In this document: positions 38,635 through 48,970 of the stretch, piece after piece
Layout: each line of letters opens with the position of its first letter
Numbering within the stretch: the stretch's first letter is position 1
Virus record (IMG/VR): IMGVR_UViG_3300020576_004352
Location: 1-64,000 of that record
Source of the DNA: a virus
Taxonomy: Duplodnaviria; Caudoviricetes
DNA length: 64,000 nucleotides
Direction: 5' to 3' (one strand)
Translations under genes and position numbers: made by a program
Notes under the pieces: generated by a model
What the model was told of the DNA's origin: nothing
Database searches by the model: none
The model's input: only the letters and a program-made list of their open reading frames with translations

Positions 38635-39356
38635 TGATACCGGTTGAAGTTGCACAGGCTGCCGTACAGCACGCACTCGCAGAGTATCCGCGTGAGGCGT
38701 GTGGTCTTGTGCTGAATAACAACGAGTATGTGCCCATGAGAAACGTGCATGAGCATCCGAAGAATAACTTTCGGATGGCTATGGACGCCTTCAAAACACA
38801 CTATCTCACGGGCAATGTAACTGCACTGATCCACTCGCATACCGGGCCTGATAATCCGTACCCCTCACAACAGGATATGACCGCACAGCAGAGTATGGGA
38901 CTGCCTTGGGGCATCATCCATATTAATGAGGTCAAGGACATTGATGGCCCGTTCTTCTTCGGGGACAGCCTGCCTATAGCGCCCTTCGTGGGTCGCAGTT
39001 TCCGCCCGAATGTGCATGACTGCTACACGCTGCTTCGGGATGTTTACCGCCAAGAGCTGGGGGTAGTTCTTCCCATAGCCCCTCGCGAAGCTGAGTGGTG
39101 GCGGAACAAACAGGACTTGCTGAGCCAGAACTTTGCCAAGGCAGGATTTGTGCGGGTCGACGCCAGCCAGATAATTAAAAACGATGTGATGCTGTGCCGG
39201 GTGAACTCGCCACGAGATAATCCTGTCGCAAATCATGTGGTCATTATCAGGGACAATGGGTTGGTACTCCACCACCTATCAAACCGACTTTCCCGGCACG
39301 ACCCTTATATACAATGGCGCAATACCGCGATAAGTTATATTCGGTATAAGGGGTGA
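38634..39356 (+). CDS. tail tip assembly protein K (JAB + NlpC/P60)
   Basis: YPREACG, HSHT....PS..D, DCYTL.RD, NH......LHH. Confidence 0.9.
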   Translation: MIPVEVAQAAVQHALAEYPREACGLVLNNNEYVPMRNVHEHPKNNFRMAMDAFKTHYLTGNVTALIHSHTGPDNPYPSQQDMTAQQSMGLPWGIIHINEVKDIDGPFFFGDSLPIAPFVGRSFRPNVHDCYTLLRDVYRQELGVVLPIAPREAEWWRNKQDLLSQNFAKAGFVRVDASQIIKNDVMLCRVNSPRDNPVANHVVIIRDNGLVLHHLSNRLSRHDPYIQWRNTAISYIRYKG

Positions 39357-39359
39357 ACC

Positions 39360-40010
39360 ATGCGGCAGCTTTTTTTATATGGCGAACTTGCTGAGCAGTA
39401 CGGCCCGAGCTTCACTGTGCGGGCCAATACTGTTGTGGCCGCTGTGCGGCTCATGGAAGCGAATTTCAAGGGCAAGTTCATGCGGGGCATCATTGACGGC
39501 ACCTATAGGGTTGTCGCCGGTAACTCCATTGATGACGAACACGCCATTCACTTTGATAACGAGCTGGTGCGCAAAGGATTGAACCTCGGTTCAAAAGACC
39601 TCCACATCATTCCGGTTCCCGCAGGATCGGGGGGCAGCTTTCGTATTGTTCTCGGCATAGCTCTGATAGCAGCAGCCTTCGCGTTTGCTCCGGCAGCGGT
39701 GATGAGTGCAGCAGGTACTGCCAGCACGACTGCCACCTTCGGGGTGGAATTAGGTACGGGCTTTCTGTCTTTTCAGACGATGGCCATGTTCGGTGCGTCT
39801 CTTGCCCTTGGCGGCATCGCCTCACTGCTCACGCCTGTGGCCAAGGTGGGAGATTACTCGAGCCGGGAGACTTCGGACGAGCGAGCCTCCTACCTGTTCA
39901 ACGGCGCTGTAAACCGGGTTGAGCAGGGCGGGCCAGTGCCCCTTATCTACGGGCGGATGCGGACAGGCAGCGTGGTTATATCTGGTGGTATCAAGAATGA
40001 GGATATTTAA
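39360..40010 (+). CDS. tail assembly protein I
   Basis: L.GEL...YG, ubiquitin-like N-domain, SY.FNG.VN...QG.PVP..YG...GS.VIS.G. Confidence 0.88.
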   Translation: MRQLFLYGELAEQYGPSFTVRANTVVAAVRLMEANFKGKFMRGIIDGTYRVVAGNSIDDEHAIHFDNELVRKGLNLGSKDLHIIPVPAGSGGSFRIVLGIALIAAAFAFAPAAVMSAAGTASTTATFGVELGTGFLSFQTMAMFGASLALGGIASLLTPVAKVGDYSSRETSDERASYLFNGAVNRVEQGGPVPLIYGRMRTGSVVISGGIKNEDI

Positions 40011-40013
40011 GGA

Positions 40014-43000
40014 ATGGATGGATCGTCTAGCCCTATGATACCTCGCCCTCAAGGCTCCGGTGGTGGCTGCTTCCGGGCGGGCACTCGCGTATCCACACTG
40101 GATGGCAGCAAGCCTATCGAGAGCCTGAAGGTAGGCGATCAGGTCTATGCCTATGACCAACAGGGGCGGATGCGTACAGGCGAGATTTCTGAAGTCCACC
40201 AGCACGAGAATGAAGCCCTGCTGCGCATGGAGTTCTGGGGCGGTGTAATTTTCGTTACGCCTAATCACTGGATGCAAAATTCAGCGGGCAGCTTCACTGA
40301 GGCGGGCACGCTCACCACACATGATGCGCTGGTAGACATTAGAGGCCACCTGCGCCCGATCCACAGCATCACCCCTATTGAGCCCGAGACAGTCTATAAC
40401 CTAACTGTCTTGCCGCACCACACGTTCATCGCGGACGGTATTCGCGTGCATAATGGAGGCGGCGGTAAAGGCGGGGGAAGCGCCCGCGCTGCGGTAGAGG
40501 CCCCGAATACATTACGCTCGAATGCCACGGCCCGTGTGCTTGATCTGATCGGTGAAGGCCCAATTGGTGGATTGGTGAATGGTGCGCAGTCAATTTTCTT
40601 TGACGATACACCTCTCGAAAATGCTGATGGCAGCTACAATTTTAAGGGAGTAGTTTGGGATATCCGCCACGGGTATCCTGACCAAGACCCCATGTCCGGC
40701 TTTGATGAGGTGGAGGCAGAGACTACCGTTGAAACTGCCGTGACCCGTCAGCTCGGCTCCATTGTGCGGCAGGTGAGCGAGGCGGACGCAGATGCCTGCC
40801 GTATCCGTATCCGTATCCCCTCGCTTACTTTGCAGGACACCACTACGGGCGACATGAAGCCCACGAGTGTGGAGATCAAGATCGAGGTGAAACCCTCCAA
40901 TGGAGAGTACCGAGATGTGACCTTCGTCTATAACGAGGTGGAGCGCACAGGACAGACTACCACAGTCAACAATGCAGTGGGCTTCCGGCTGGTGGTGAAA
41001 AAGCGTGTGCTGGTCAAACTTAACAGCCCTTCCTCTGTGACACTGGAGGCTCGCTACCGGAAGTCGGGTGCCGCCAGCTGGATCAGTCTGGGTGCCCGCA
41101 CAGTGAGCGCGATCATTGGCAGCGTGGCCGACATTGCCACGGCTGACGGGTATATTGATGGGCAGCCTGCCTATTATCACACCTTCACCACAACATACTC
41201 GTTGCTTGATCTGGGGGCCAACTCTTATGAGATCGGACTGGTGCAGGGAGACGAGATCGTTTCGTTTGTCGCGTATACCCGTAGCAACTTGCTGGTTGAG
41301 GGCAAGAATACCGCACCCACTGAAAAGTCATACCGGTTTGACCTTCCCGGAACCGGCCCGTGGCTGGTACGGCTTAGCCGCATAACGCCTGACAGCGACA
41401 GTGCCACCTTACAAAACCAAACCGTATGGGTGTCCTACACCACTATCATTGCTGACAAGTTCATCTACCCGGACAGCGCATATATTGGCCTATCTGTTAA
41501 TGCCTCCCTGTTCGGCAACAGCATTCCCGCCCGCGCATATGACGTATATGGGCGTGAGGTTCTGGTGCCTCTGAATTATGATCCGTTGCTGCGCATCTAT
41601 ACCGGCTTCTGGGATGGCACGTTCAAGCAGGCGTGGACTGATAACCCAGCATGGTGCTTTCTCGATATGCTGACCAATGACCGGTTCGGGTTGGGTGATC
41701 GTATTGATCTTGATGCAGTCGACACCGCCAAGCTCTATGAGATATCGCAGTACTGTGATGAGCTGGTGCCGGACGGCTACGGCGGATTTGAACCCCGGTT
41801 CACCTTGAACTGTGTGATTAACACACAGGCGGATGCCTACCAAGTATTGAACAGCATGGTGTCAAACTTCTGGGGCATGGTCTACCAGTCTGCTGGGGCA
41901 GTGGCCTTCGGCATTGACGCCCCTCGTGAGGCGGACGTGATCGTGGGCCGGGCCAACGTGGTTGATGGTGAGTTCAATTACTCGAGCTCGGGTGACCGGG
42001 CACGGCACAACTCTGTGCTGGTGACATGGAATAACCCCAACGACGGTGACCGTACCGATATCGAAGTGGTTGAGGATAACGCGGACATTTCTGCCCGTGG
42101 TCTGCGCCAGACAGACGTTTACGCCTTCGGATGTAAATCCCGTGGGCAGGCAAGCCGGTACGGAAAGCGGCTCTTGTACACTGAGAAATATGAGCAGGAG
42201 ACGGTCACTTATCGCTGCGGCCTTGATCATCTGAATGTGGTGCCGGGCATGGTGATTGGTCTTGTCGATCCCAAGGTAGCGGGAGCCGAATTTGCAGGCC
42301 GCACACTAGTTGTCGGAGGCAGCCCTATCGCATCTGAAGATGGCGGTGATATTCTGCTGGAGAATGAAAACCCGCTTCTGATGAACGATCCCACAGTGGT
42401 GACACTTGATCGGCCTGTCACTCTGGCAACGGGGCATACCTATGAACTGAATGTGGTGGACGACACAGGTGCTCTCCAGACCCGTGCTATTACCACCACG
42501 TCCGGTCAGACAGTGTCCACCTTGCAGATCAACACAGCCTTCGACCCGCAGCCCACAGAGGGCCGCATGTGGAGCATCAGTGGCACGGATGTTGAGCCGC
42601 GCCTGTTCCGCATTACGACCATCGTTGAGGTTGAGGGTTATATGTTTGAGGTGACCGGCGTAGAGTATAACCCGGCAAAGCATGATTATATTGATCGTGA
42701 CTTCAAGCTGAGCCCGGTCAATTTCAGTCGCCTGTTCTCGGGTAAGGTGCTCCCTCCCGAGAACCTTGATATTGTAGAGACGTTATTCAAAACCAACGGC
42801 GTGCTGCGCACCCGCGTAAATGTGGGCTGGAGCACGCCAACTGATACCCGAGTGACCATATTCCGGGTACAGTACGGCCTCAGTAATGGTGGGCTCTCGC
42901 GGGAGCTGCTGACACGAGATACCTCTGTTGAGCTGGACGATCTTGAGCCGGGAACCTATGACTTCTATGTGTCTTCAATCGCTGCTGCGGGCGAGAGCGA

Positions 43001-44510
43001 GGCGGTGAGCAGTGAAGCACATGTGATCCTTGGTAAGACTGCCCCGCCCGGTGATGTTGGCAATCTGCGTGCTGATCGTCGCGTGAATGGCGTCATGCTA
43101 CAGTGGGATACAGTGCCCGATCTTGATCTGGTTGGTTATGAAGTCAGGCAGGGAACCAACTGGGACACCTCCATATACGTGGGCGACGTGACCGGCACCA
43201 CCATGTATATCGCGCTTGATAACAGCGCAGAGATCACTTTTCTTGTGCGGGCAAAAGACCAGCTCAACATCCTGTCACAGAACGTGAGCACGATAACCAC
43301 CTCGGTTATATCTCCCACCTGCCCGCCTGTATTCACAGCCGTGGCGCAGGCTGACTATGTGCTATTCCGGTGGACGCGCACAGACGGGCTGGATAACAAG
43401 TATGAAATTCGCCGGGGCACAAGCTGGTCGTCGTCGGAGCTTATCGCAGAGAGTTCGAGCGATGAACTGCTTGTGTTAGACCCTCAGCGGGATGCATCCT
43501 ATTATTGGATACGTGCCAAATCAACGGCAGGGCTCTATAGCGGAGATGCCCGCGTGGCGATGGCGCAGCGTGCTTTGATCCAAGACCGCAATGTTATCCT
43601 TGAGTATGACAATCAGAATGATGGCGGGGCAGGCCTCTATCCCGGCTACACCTTTGATATGGAACAAGGGCTTGACGATACCCTGCTGATCTCGAATGGG
43701 AGCACGGATCATATTCTGCTGGAGAATGGCACAGACGAGATCAGCCTTGAAAGTACCGATCCGGTTTTGCTGGAGGGCACTCGTGCAGTTATGTATGGTG
43801 AGCATTACTTCACGGTTGATCTTGGTCAGACCCTGCGGGCTCGTAACTGGCTCGAGACAACTCCTGTAAATGTCGTTGGGGGCGGGCTGACATGGGAGGA
43901 GTGGCTTGCGTCGTGGGAAGCCCCTGAAAGTCAGATTACGTGGCTGCCCTTGGGCGACCTGTCAACAGTGCAGCTGCAAAAGGTGATCGCTTGGAAGAGG
44001 GCTCCTCTGACTGAGGAAGCATACGCTTTCACGATGAACAGCACGCTGGTTGATGTGCGAGGAGTTACCCCCGGAGAAAGTGTGAAAGTCACGTATGGCC
44101 CCGCCAAGTTTGAGCAGGGTCTGGTGATTAATGACCTGACGAAGGTGTCCTATACGGTAACTCTGGGCAGCTCTTTCAGTCTCATGTTTAAGTTTCGCCT
44201 CCGGGAAATATTGAACGGCAAGCGTATTTTTACAGTGCTCAAGAACAACACCAATGGTGAGCGACTGGAGATCGGATACGATGAGGCCTATGGATCACTT
44301 TACTATATGGATAACACAGGCAACACTCTGGACTTGCCTATTGCGGTACAGGACAACGATGACTTTATCTTTATCGGTTTTGTGCAGGCGGACAGTTCGC
44401 GGATGCTTTACTATAAATCCGAAAAACTATATACAGAGGGTAGTGCCGCTGCCAGTCACGCCCCGATGGCACACACGTTTGACCGCCTATACCTCTATGA
44501 CCGGGCATAA
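40014..44510 (+). CDS. tail tip/host specificity protein J with N-terminal Hint domain
   Basis: DLIGEGPI.GL, YPDSA, W.DNPAW, EPRFT.N, FN3 repeats. Confidence 0.92.
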   Translation: MDGSSSPMIPRPQGSGGGCFRAGTRVSTLDGSKPIESLKVGDQVYAYDQQGRMRTGEISEVHQHENEALLRMEFWGGVIFVTPNHWMQNSAGSFTEAGTLTTHDALVDIRGHLRPIHSITPIEPETVYNLTVLPHHTFIADGIRVHNGGGGKGGGSARAAVEAPNTLRSNATARVLDLIGEGPIGGLVNGAQSIFFDDTPLENADGSYNFKGVVWDIRHGYPDQDPMSGFDEVEAETTVETAVTRQLGSIVRQVSEADADACRIRIRIPSLTLQDTTTGDMKPTSVEIKIEVKPSNGEYRDVTFVYNEVERTGQTTTVNNAVGFRLVVKKRVLVKLNSPSSVTLEARYRKSGAASWISLGARTVSAIIGSVADIATADGYIDGQPAYYHTFTTTYSLLDLGANSYEIGLVQGDEIVSFVAYTRSNLLVEGKNTAPTEKSYRFDLPGTGPWLVRLSRITPDSDSATLQNQTVWVSYTTIIADKFIYPDSAYIGLSVNASLFGNSIPARAYDVYGREVLVPLNYDPLLRIYTGFWDGTFKQAWTDNPAWCFLDMLTNDRFGLGDRIDLDAVDTAKLYEISQYCDELVPDGYGGFEPRFTLNCVINTQADAYQVLNSMVSNFWGMVYQSAGAVAFGIDAPREADVIVGRANVVDGEFNYSSSGDRARHNSVLVTWNNPNDGDRTDIEVVEDNADISARGLRQTDVYAFGCKSRGQASRYGKRLLYTEKYEQETVTYRCGLDHLNVVPGMVIGLVDPKVAGAEFAGRTLVVGGSPIASEDGGDILLENENPLLMNDPTVVTLDRPVTLATGHTYELNVVDDTGALQTRAITTTSGQTVSTLQINTAFDPQPTEGRMWSISGTDVEPRLFRITTIVEVEGYMFEVTGVEYNPAKHDYIDRDFKLSPVNFSRLFSGKVLPPENLDIVETLFKTNGVLRTRVNVGWSTPTDTRVTIFRVQYGLSNGGLSRELLTRDTSVELDDLEPGTYDFYVSSIAAAGESEAVSSEAHVILGKTAPPGDVGNLRADRRVNGVMLQWDTVPDLDLVGYEVRQGTNWDTSIYVGDVTGTTMYIALDNSAEITFLVRAKDQLNILSQNVSTITTSVISPTCPPVFTAVAQADYVLFRWTRTDGLDNKYEIRRGTSWSSSELIAESSSDELLVLDPQRDASYYWIRAKSTAGLYSGDARVAMAQRALIQDRNVILEYDNQNDGGAGLYPGYTFDMEQGLDDTLLISNGSTDHILLENGTDEISLESTDPVLLEGTRAVMYGEHYFTVDLGQTLRARNWLETTPVNVVGGGLTWEEWLASWEAPESQITWLPLGDLSTVQLQKVIAWKRAPLTEEAYAFTMNSTLVDVRGVTPGESVKVTYGPAKFEQGLVINDLTKVSYTVTLGSSFSLMFKFRLREILNGKRIFTVLKNNTNGERLEIGYDEAYGSLYYMDNTGNTLDLPIAVQDNDDFIFIGFVQADSSRMLYYKSEKLYTEGSAAASHAPMAHTFDRLYLYDRA
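40068..40454 (+). other. 129-aa Hint (intein/BIL-like) domain with Gly at +1
   Basis: GSGGG|CFRAGTRV...VTPNH...VYNLTV..HHTF.ADGIRVHN|GGGGKGG. Confidence 0.9.
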
Positions 44511-44528
44511 CCAACTAGGGAGACTGTA

Positions 44529-44981
44529 ATGAAGCTCGAAAAGATGCACCTCAAAGGCGAGATGAAGGCCACTCTGCGGAAGCCTGATGGCCGTGTCCGT
44601 GATTTTCACGAGAAGAACCTTGTTGTCGATGGAGGCATTGATTTTCTGGCTGCCGCGCTGGCCAACAGTGCAAGCCGTCCGAACGTGCTTTCTCATATCG
44701 CGGTTGGTAACGGCGGCACCGCTGTGGATGCTGGGGACACTGCTCTTGATAATGAGTTGGCCCGGCAGGCTGCCACATATGGGCACAGTGTCGGGGACAG
44801 CAATTTCACGATGGCTGCTACCTTCGGAACGGGTGTCGGTACGGGTGATATCGTGGAGGCGGGTGTGTTGAATGCTGCCTCGAGCGGCACCCTCTTCAAT
44901 CGCGTAACCTTCAGTGCCATTCCAAAAGAGGCCGCTGATACCCTTGAGATCACGTTTACGTTTACCTTCACACCTACTTGA
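44529..44981 (+). CDS. tail tip accessory protein
   Basis: NLVV..G, IAVG.G......DT.L..E..R, I.EAG.LN, L.ITFTF pattern. Confidence 0.65.
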   Translation: MKLEKMHLKGEMKATLRKPDGRVRDFHEKNLVVDGGIDFLAAALANSASRPNVLSHIAVGNGGTAVDAGDTALDNELARQAATYGHSVGDSNFTMAATFGTGVGTGDIVEAGVLNAASSGTLFNRVTFSAIPKEAADTLEITFTFTFTPT

Positions 44982-44996
44982 TAGCGTGAAAGGCAG

Positions 44997-45692
44997 ATGG
45001 CTACTCATGTCAAGGATATCACTGAAGGTATCAGTGTAGCAGAGACCGATGCGCGACCTGCGGATTACTCCCGCAGTGAGGCGGATGCAGTCGATGCGCA
45101 GGACGTGGCCACTCGTGCGGTCTTCAAGGTCTTGAGTGCTGAATTTACTCTTGCGGATGATCTTCTCCGGGTTATTCATAAGAGCTTCATAGAGGGGATG
45201 GCAGTCAAGGATACGCGGCGCAGCCCGGCCAAGGGAACCTTGTTTGATCTCGTGTTGCGATCAGACGCTTTAAGCCTCGCTGACCTCAAGGTCGTGGCGG
45301 ACAGCCCCCCGGTCGGATACACGCCTTTTCAGAATTTCTACCCCGGCGACTATGAGTACGAAGAGGCTATGGTTGGGGTGCGCGTGCGCACGGCAGACAC
45401 CAGTAATCAGGTGGGTATCCTTGGGCTCACCCTGAACATTGATGTACCGGATGTGAATGATCGAGGCAGCGCAGAGGTGCTGATAGGGGATATCGCTGGA
45501 AAGACTGTAACTTTTGCCAAGCAGTTCACCATTCCGCCCGAAGTCACTGTGGTATTTGCGGGCGGAGCCACGGCAGCTGTAGCCGAAATAACCGGAGTGA
45601 CAACGGCTAATTTTACTTTTATACTTCGAGATGTAAGCAGCCCCGCGACGTTAGTGACTGGTGAAGTCACATGGGCAGCACTCGGCAGGTAG
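44997..45692 (+). CDS. putative tail fibre adaptor
   Basis: C-terminal VTF...F...P.V.V, VT...FT, V.W.A.G. Confidence 0.55.
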   Translation: MATHVKDITEGISVAETDARPADYSRSEADAVDAQDVATRAVFKVLSAEFTLADDLLRVIHKSFIEGMAVKDTRRSPAKGTLFDLVLRSDALSLADLKVVADSPPVGYTPFQNFYPGDYEYEEAMVGVRVRTADTSNQVGILGLTLNIDVPDVNDRGSAEVLIGDIAGKTVTFAKQFTIPPEVTVVFAGGATAAVAEITGVTTANFTFILRDVSSPATLVTGEVTWAALGR

Positions 45693-45710
45693 CAGGAAGG
45701 ATGCTTACAA

Positions 45711-47078
45711 TTGCAGGACTACCCAGATATCGTAGCAACAGACAGCGTTGGGGGCAGCCGAGTAAATCTGCTCGCCCGCGATAACGCGCTTAAATCCTGT
45801 TTTGCAGGAACGGCTTACCCCACCTCTGGCCTCTTACAGGGCATGGTGTGCTATCGCAGTGACCTGAATAAATTATATGTCCTCGAACAGGTCAGCCCGG
45901 CCATATGGCGTGAGATCATTTTATCCTCTGCGATTGGTACGGCTGCTCCGAAGAACATAGGAACTTCGGGTGACACCATTCCAAAGAACGACACGGCCAA
46001 TACGTTCTCAGAACGCCAGACCTTAGCGGGCGGAGGTGCCCTTGGCACCCAGAGTATCACAGGCAGCTCTGGGTACTTCAAGATGGACACCGAGGTACGT
46101 CTGGACGCCAACAGCACAAAGAAGATCAACTTCCTGATTAACAGCACGAGTGCCATGTCGGTGGAAAGTAATCGCGGCATAGTGGTGGGCTCGGCCACGG
46201 GGGGCAGCAAGGGCGCAGGCACTTTGAATGCTGTGGGTCTCTACAACGGGGGCAATCAGATTAAGACAGCTGCCTATAAGGACGCTGGAACTTCCGGCGA
46301 CACCGTCCCGACATGGAATGACCTCGGAGATGGTGCAGCTTATGATATCGCATCTCAGGCCGAGGCCGAGGCGGGGACTGTCACCAACAAGGCGATGACA
46401 CCTCAACGTACTGCGCAGGCTATCGCGGCCCTTGCTACCGGTAACAGTGGCAGGTGGATTAAAACCACAGTGCTCACGAGTAGCGGAAATTTTGTAAAAG
46501 ACGGAGCTGCCAACACTGTCCATGTTCGTCTGGTTGGTGGAGGTGGAGGTGGCGGGGCATCAGGGCAGACGGGCTCCAATTATTTAGCGGGTGGTGGTGG
46601 TGGCGCGGGGGGCTATTCTGAAAAGTATATCAGTGCGGCAGCCTTGTCGGGCAGTGAAACCGTCACGATTGGGGCAGGAGGAAGCGGAGGTGCTGGTGGA
46701 TCAGGATCAGCAGGTGCAGCAGGTGGAACTACCTCATTTGGGGCCCACCTGAGTGCCACAGGAGGGGCCGGAGGCGCTAAGGGCACTGCAAATGGCACCG
46801 TGGGGGGGATTGGTGGGCTAGGGTCAGGCGGGCAAATCAATGTCAGAGGCGAGGCAGGTAAATCCGCGATTGAAGTCTCAACTCAATATGCCTTATCCGG
46901 GAATGGGGCCTCCACCAGATTTGGAGCAGGGGCTCTTGGAGTAGTAGACAGCTCTGTTGGTAATGCTGCTGCGGCCAATAGTGGTGCAGGCGGCTCAGGA
47001 GGCTCTTCAGGAACCACTTCTTCTTATAACGGAGGAGCAGGTGGCTCAGGTATTGTTATAGTGGAAGAATATGCATAA
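45711..47078 (+). CDS. tail fibre protein with Gly-rich C-terminal domain
   Basis: ASQAEAEAGT....MTP.R; long GGGGGG(A)G tracts ending GIVIVEEY. Confidence 0.8.
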   Translation: MQDYPDIVATDSVGGSRVNLLARDNALKSCFAGTAYPTSGLLQGMVCYRSDLNKLYVLEQVSPAIWREIILSSAIGTAAPKNIGTSGDTIPKNDTANTFSERQTLAGGGALGTQSITGSSGYFKMDTEVRLDANSTKKINFLINSTSAMSVESNRGIVVGSATGGSKGAGTLNAVGLYNGGNQIKTAAYKDAGTSGDTVPTWNDLGDGAAYDIASQAEAEAGTVTNKAMTPQRTAQAIAALATGNSGRWIKTTVLTSSGNFVKDGAANTVHVRLVGGGGGGGASGQTGSNYLAGGGGGAGGYSEKYISAAALSGSETVTIGAGGSGGAGGSGSAGAAGGTTSFGAHLSATGGAGGAKGTANGTVGGIGGLGSGGQINVRGEAGKSAIEVSTQYALSGNGASTRFGAGALGVVDSSVGNAAAANSGAGGSGGSSGTTSSYNGGAGGSGIVIVEEYA

Positions 47079-47092
47079 CCGACAGGTGCTTA

Positions 47093-47347
47093 ATGGACAT
47101 ACTTATCAGTCTGGCTAAAGAACTTGGATCGGCTTTACTGGGGCAGGCCGGGATAGTTGCTTTTACTTTTTTCTGGTGGAATATTTACCTTGTAATAGAT
47201 AATCGTTCTCTGCGAAAAGAGAACAGGGAGCTCAACAAAACCATTTTTAATCTTGGCACTGGCATGACTGCCGCGATGGTGGAAAATAACAGTGTCTTGG
47301 ATAAAATTGGTGATTTTGTGGCAACACACACTGAGAGGAAGCCATGA
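47093..47347 (+). CDS. putative holin/antiholin (one TM helix)
   Basis: Hydrophobic AGIVAFTFFWWNIYLVI, upstream of endolysin. Confidence 0.5.
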   Translation: MDILISLAKELGSALLGQAGIVAFTFFWWNIYLVIDNRSLRKENRELNKTIFNLGTGMTAAMVENNSVLDKIGDFVATHTERKP

Positions 47348-47541
47348 ACGTATCTGAAAAACTACGGATCACAGTTCGCAAGCCCGGAGAAGACGGGCCG
47401 AAGTGTGTCTCGGATGCCGTGCCTATCATGGGCTCAGCAAAGATGGTAGAGGCACAGGTCACTGATCGGATAGAGGCTGCCATTCGTAAAGCCCGTCGTC
47501 TCACTGAAACGCTTGACCGCGTCATACCGCGAGGTGCCTGA
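47344..47541 (+). CDS. small hypothetical protein
   Basis: Coupled to both neighbours. Confidence 0.5.
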   Translation: MNVSEKLRITVRKPGEDGPKCVSDAVPIMGSAKMVEAQVTDRIEAAIRKARRLTETLDRVIPRGA

Positions 47542-47987
47542 TGTTCACAAAACCAAAGCGCCCGGTCAGCCGGGTATTCATTCACTGCTCTGCCTCGGAC
47601 GCGCTTGGCCCTGCATACAAAGGCGTGGAGCTGGTAAAGACCATAGACAGCTGGCACAGGGCACGAGGCTTCAACGATATTGGGTATCACTATGTGATCG
47701 ACAAGGCCGGTACTCTCATGATCGGGCGCGGTTTAGAGAGAGCCCCTGCTGCACAGGAAGGGCACAACTCCGGCACCATTGCTATCTGCGTGCATGGCCT
47801 TGATGTTTCGAGGTTTACGGTGGAGGCCCTTACAAGCCTTTTGTCCCTGTGCAAAGAAATCAATACCGCGTATAATGGCAGCATCACCTTTCACGGCCAC
47901 AGAGAGGTTGCACCTAAGACGTGCCCCGTATTCCCGTATGACAAAGTTCTTGGGTTAGATAAGTTTGGTAGGATGCCTTTAAAATGA
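47541..47987 (+). CDS. endolysin, N-acetylmuramoyl-L-alanine amidase (T7-lysozyme-like)
   Basis: FIHCSA, DIGYHYVI, GHN..TIAIC..G, HGHREV..K.CP. Confidence 0.93.
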   Translation: MFTKPKRPVSRVFIHCSASDALGPAYKGVELVKTIDSWHRARGFNDIGYHYVIDKAGTLMIGRGLERAPAAQEGHNSGTIAICVHGLDVSRFTVEALTSLLSLCKEINTAYNGSITFHGHREVAPKTCPVFPYDKVLGLDKFGRMPLK

Positions 47988-48141
47988 AGCGGTGTAGTGA
48001 CTGTAGAACTGTAAAGCCTTTCTCTGAGTTTTATGCTCGAAATGACGCAGTATCACCTACGTACCGGAGCCAGTGTAAGAAGTGTTGTTATACATATAGT
48101 TATAGATACAATAAGAATAATAAAGAAGAAAATAATGCTAG
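47984..48141 (+). pseudogene. 5' half of a disrupted phage HNH-like endonuclease
   Basis: C..C...KP.SEF...C..C zinc finger; rejoins in frame at 52115. Confidence 0.85.
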
Positions 48142-48560
48142 AGAACGATTGCTGCGGGCTTTCCGGTGGCTCTGACGATGACCAAAGTGGAAACCATCGC
48201 GTCGAGGTCGAAGGTGGCGGGGCGACATGGGATGAGAACAGCGTCGGCGCTCTGCACGGCTAAGGCGGCTTCCCTGTTGGCATGGGGGGCGGTGTCAAGG
48301 ATGAGCAGATCAATCCCGTTCTCGATGCCTAGCTTCTTGAGGTGTTCGAGCTTGTCGGCGGTCGCTTGGGTTGCGTCGAGTTTCGGGCTCAGCTCGTTGC
48401 CTTCCGCACGGCGAGCATTCCACTTGTAGGCGCTGGCCTGCTGGTCTAAATCGACGATGGCAGGGTGCAAGCCTTGTTGTCGAGCATATGCGGCCAAGTG
48501 AACGGCGAGGGTTGTCTTGCCGCAACCGCCTTTCTGGCTGACTATCGCTAGGGTGCGCAT
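48138..48560 (-). pseudogene. parA: 3'-truncated ParA family ATPase
   Basis: SQKGGCGKTT, DLD.Q.SA, ILDTAP, IPCRP..FDL; ends on the TAG of the junction CTAG. Confidence 0.85.
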
Positions 48561-48970
48561 GGTTGTACCCTCTTGTTTGTGGTATTGTGATATTGCGTGA
48601 TTGCGATATAACAATGCGGTTTGTAGCATAACAAGTGTATAGGCGTCAATGTCTCCCCGCGCACTTCTGGCCCCCGGTATGTGTGTACCGATGTCGCAAG
48701 CTGGCTGTTGCGTCAGGGAGCGCGTTACCGCATGGCCTAGACTTCACAGGCCCGGTGCGCGTCGCACATAGTGCCCGCCCCCCCGCTGGCGCTGGCGTGA
48801 GCTGGGATGCAGCACCAAGGCAACGAGATTGCTCAAGGTTGGCGTGTTGAATCGGACTAGACTGCGGGAATTTTATCGTCTGTGCCTGTCGCCGGTCGCG
48901 CCGCTAGATGCCTAGCCGGGAAAAGGCGGGTGTGTTAGACAATGAATGGCTCTGACGAAGGAACTTTTGA

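Noticed and set aside
48138-48629. Intact parA, or phage plasmid-prophage partitioning
   Set aside because: The gene is truncated at the insertion junction, has no partner gene, and belongs to foreign cargo. The real start is about 48560.
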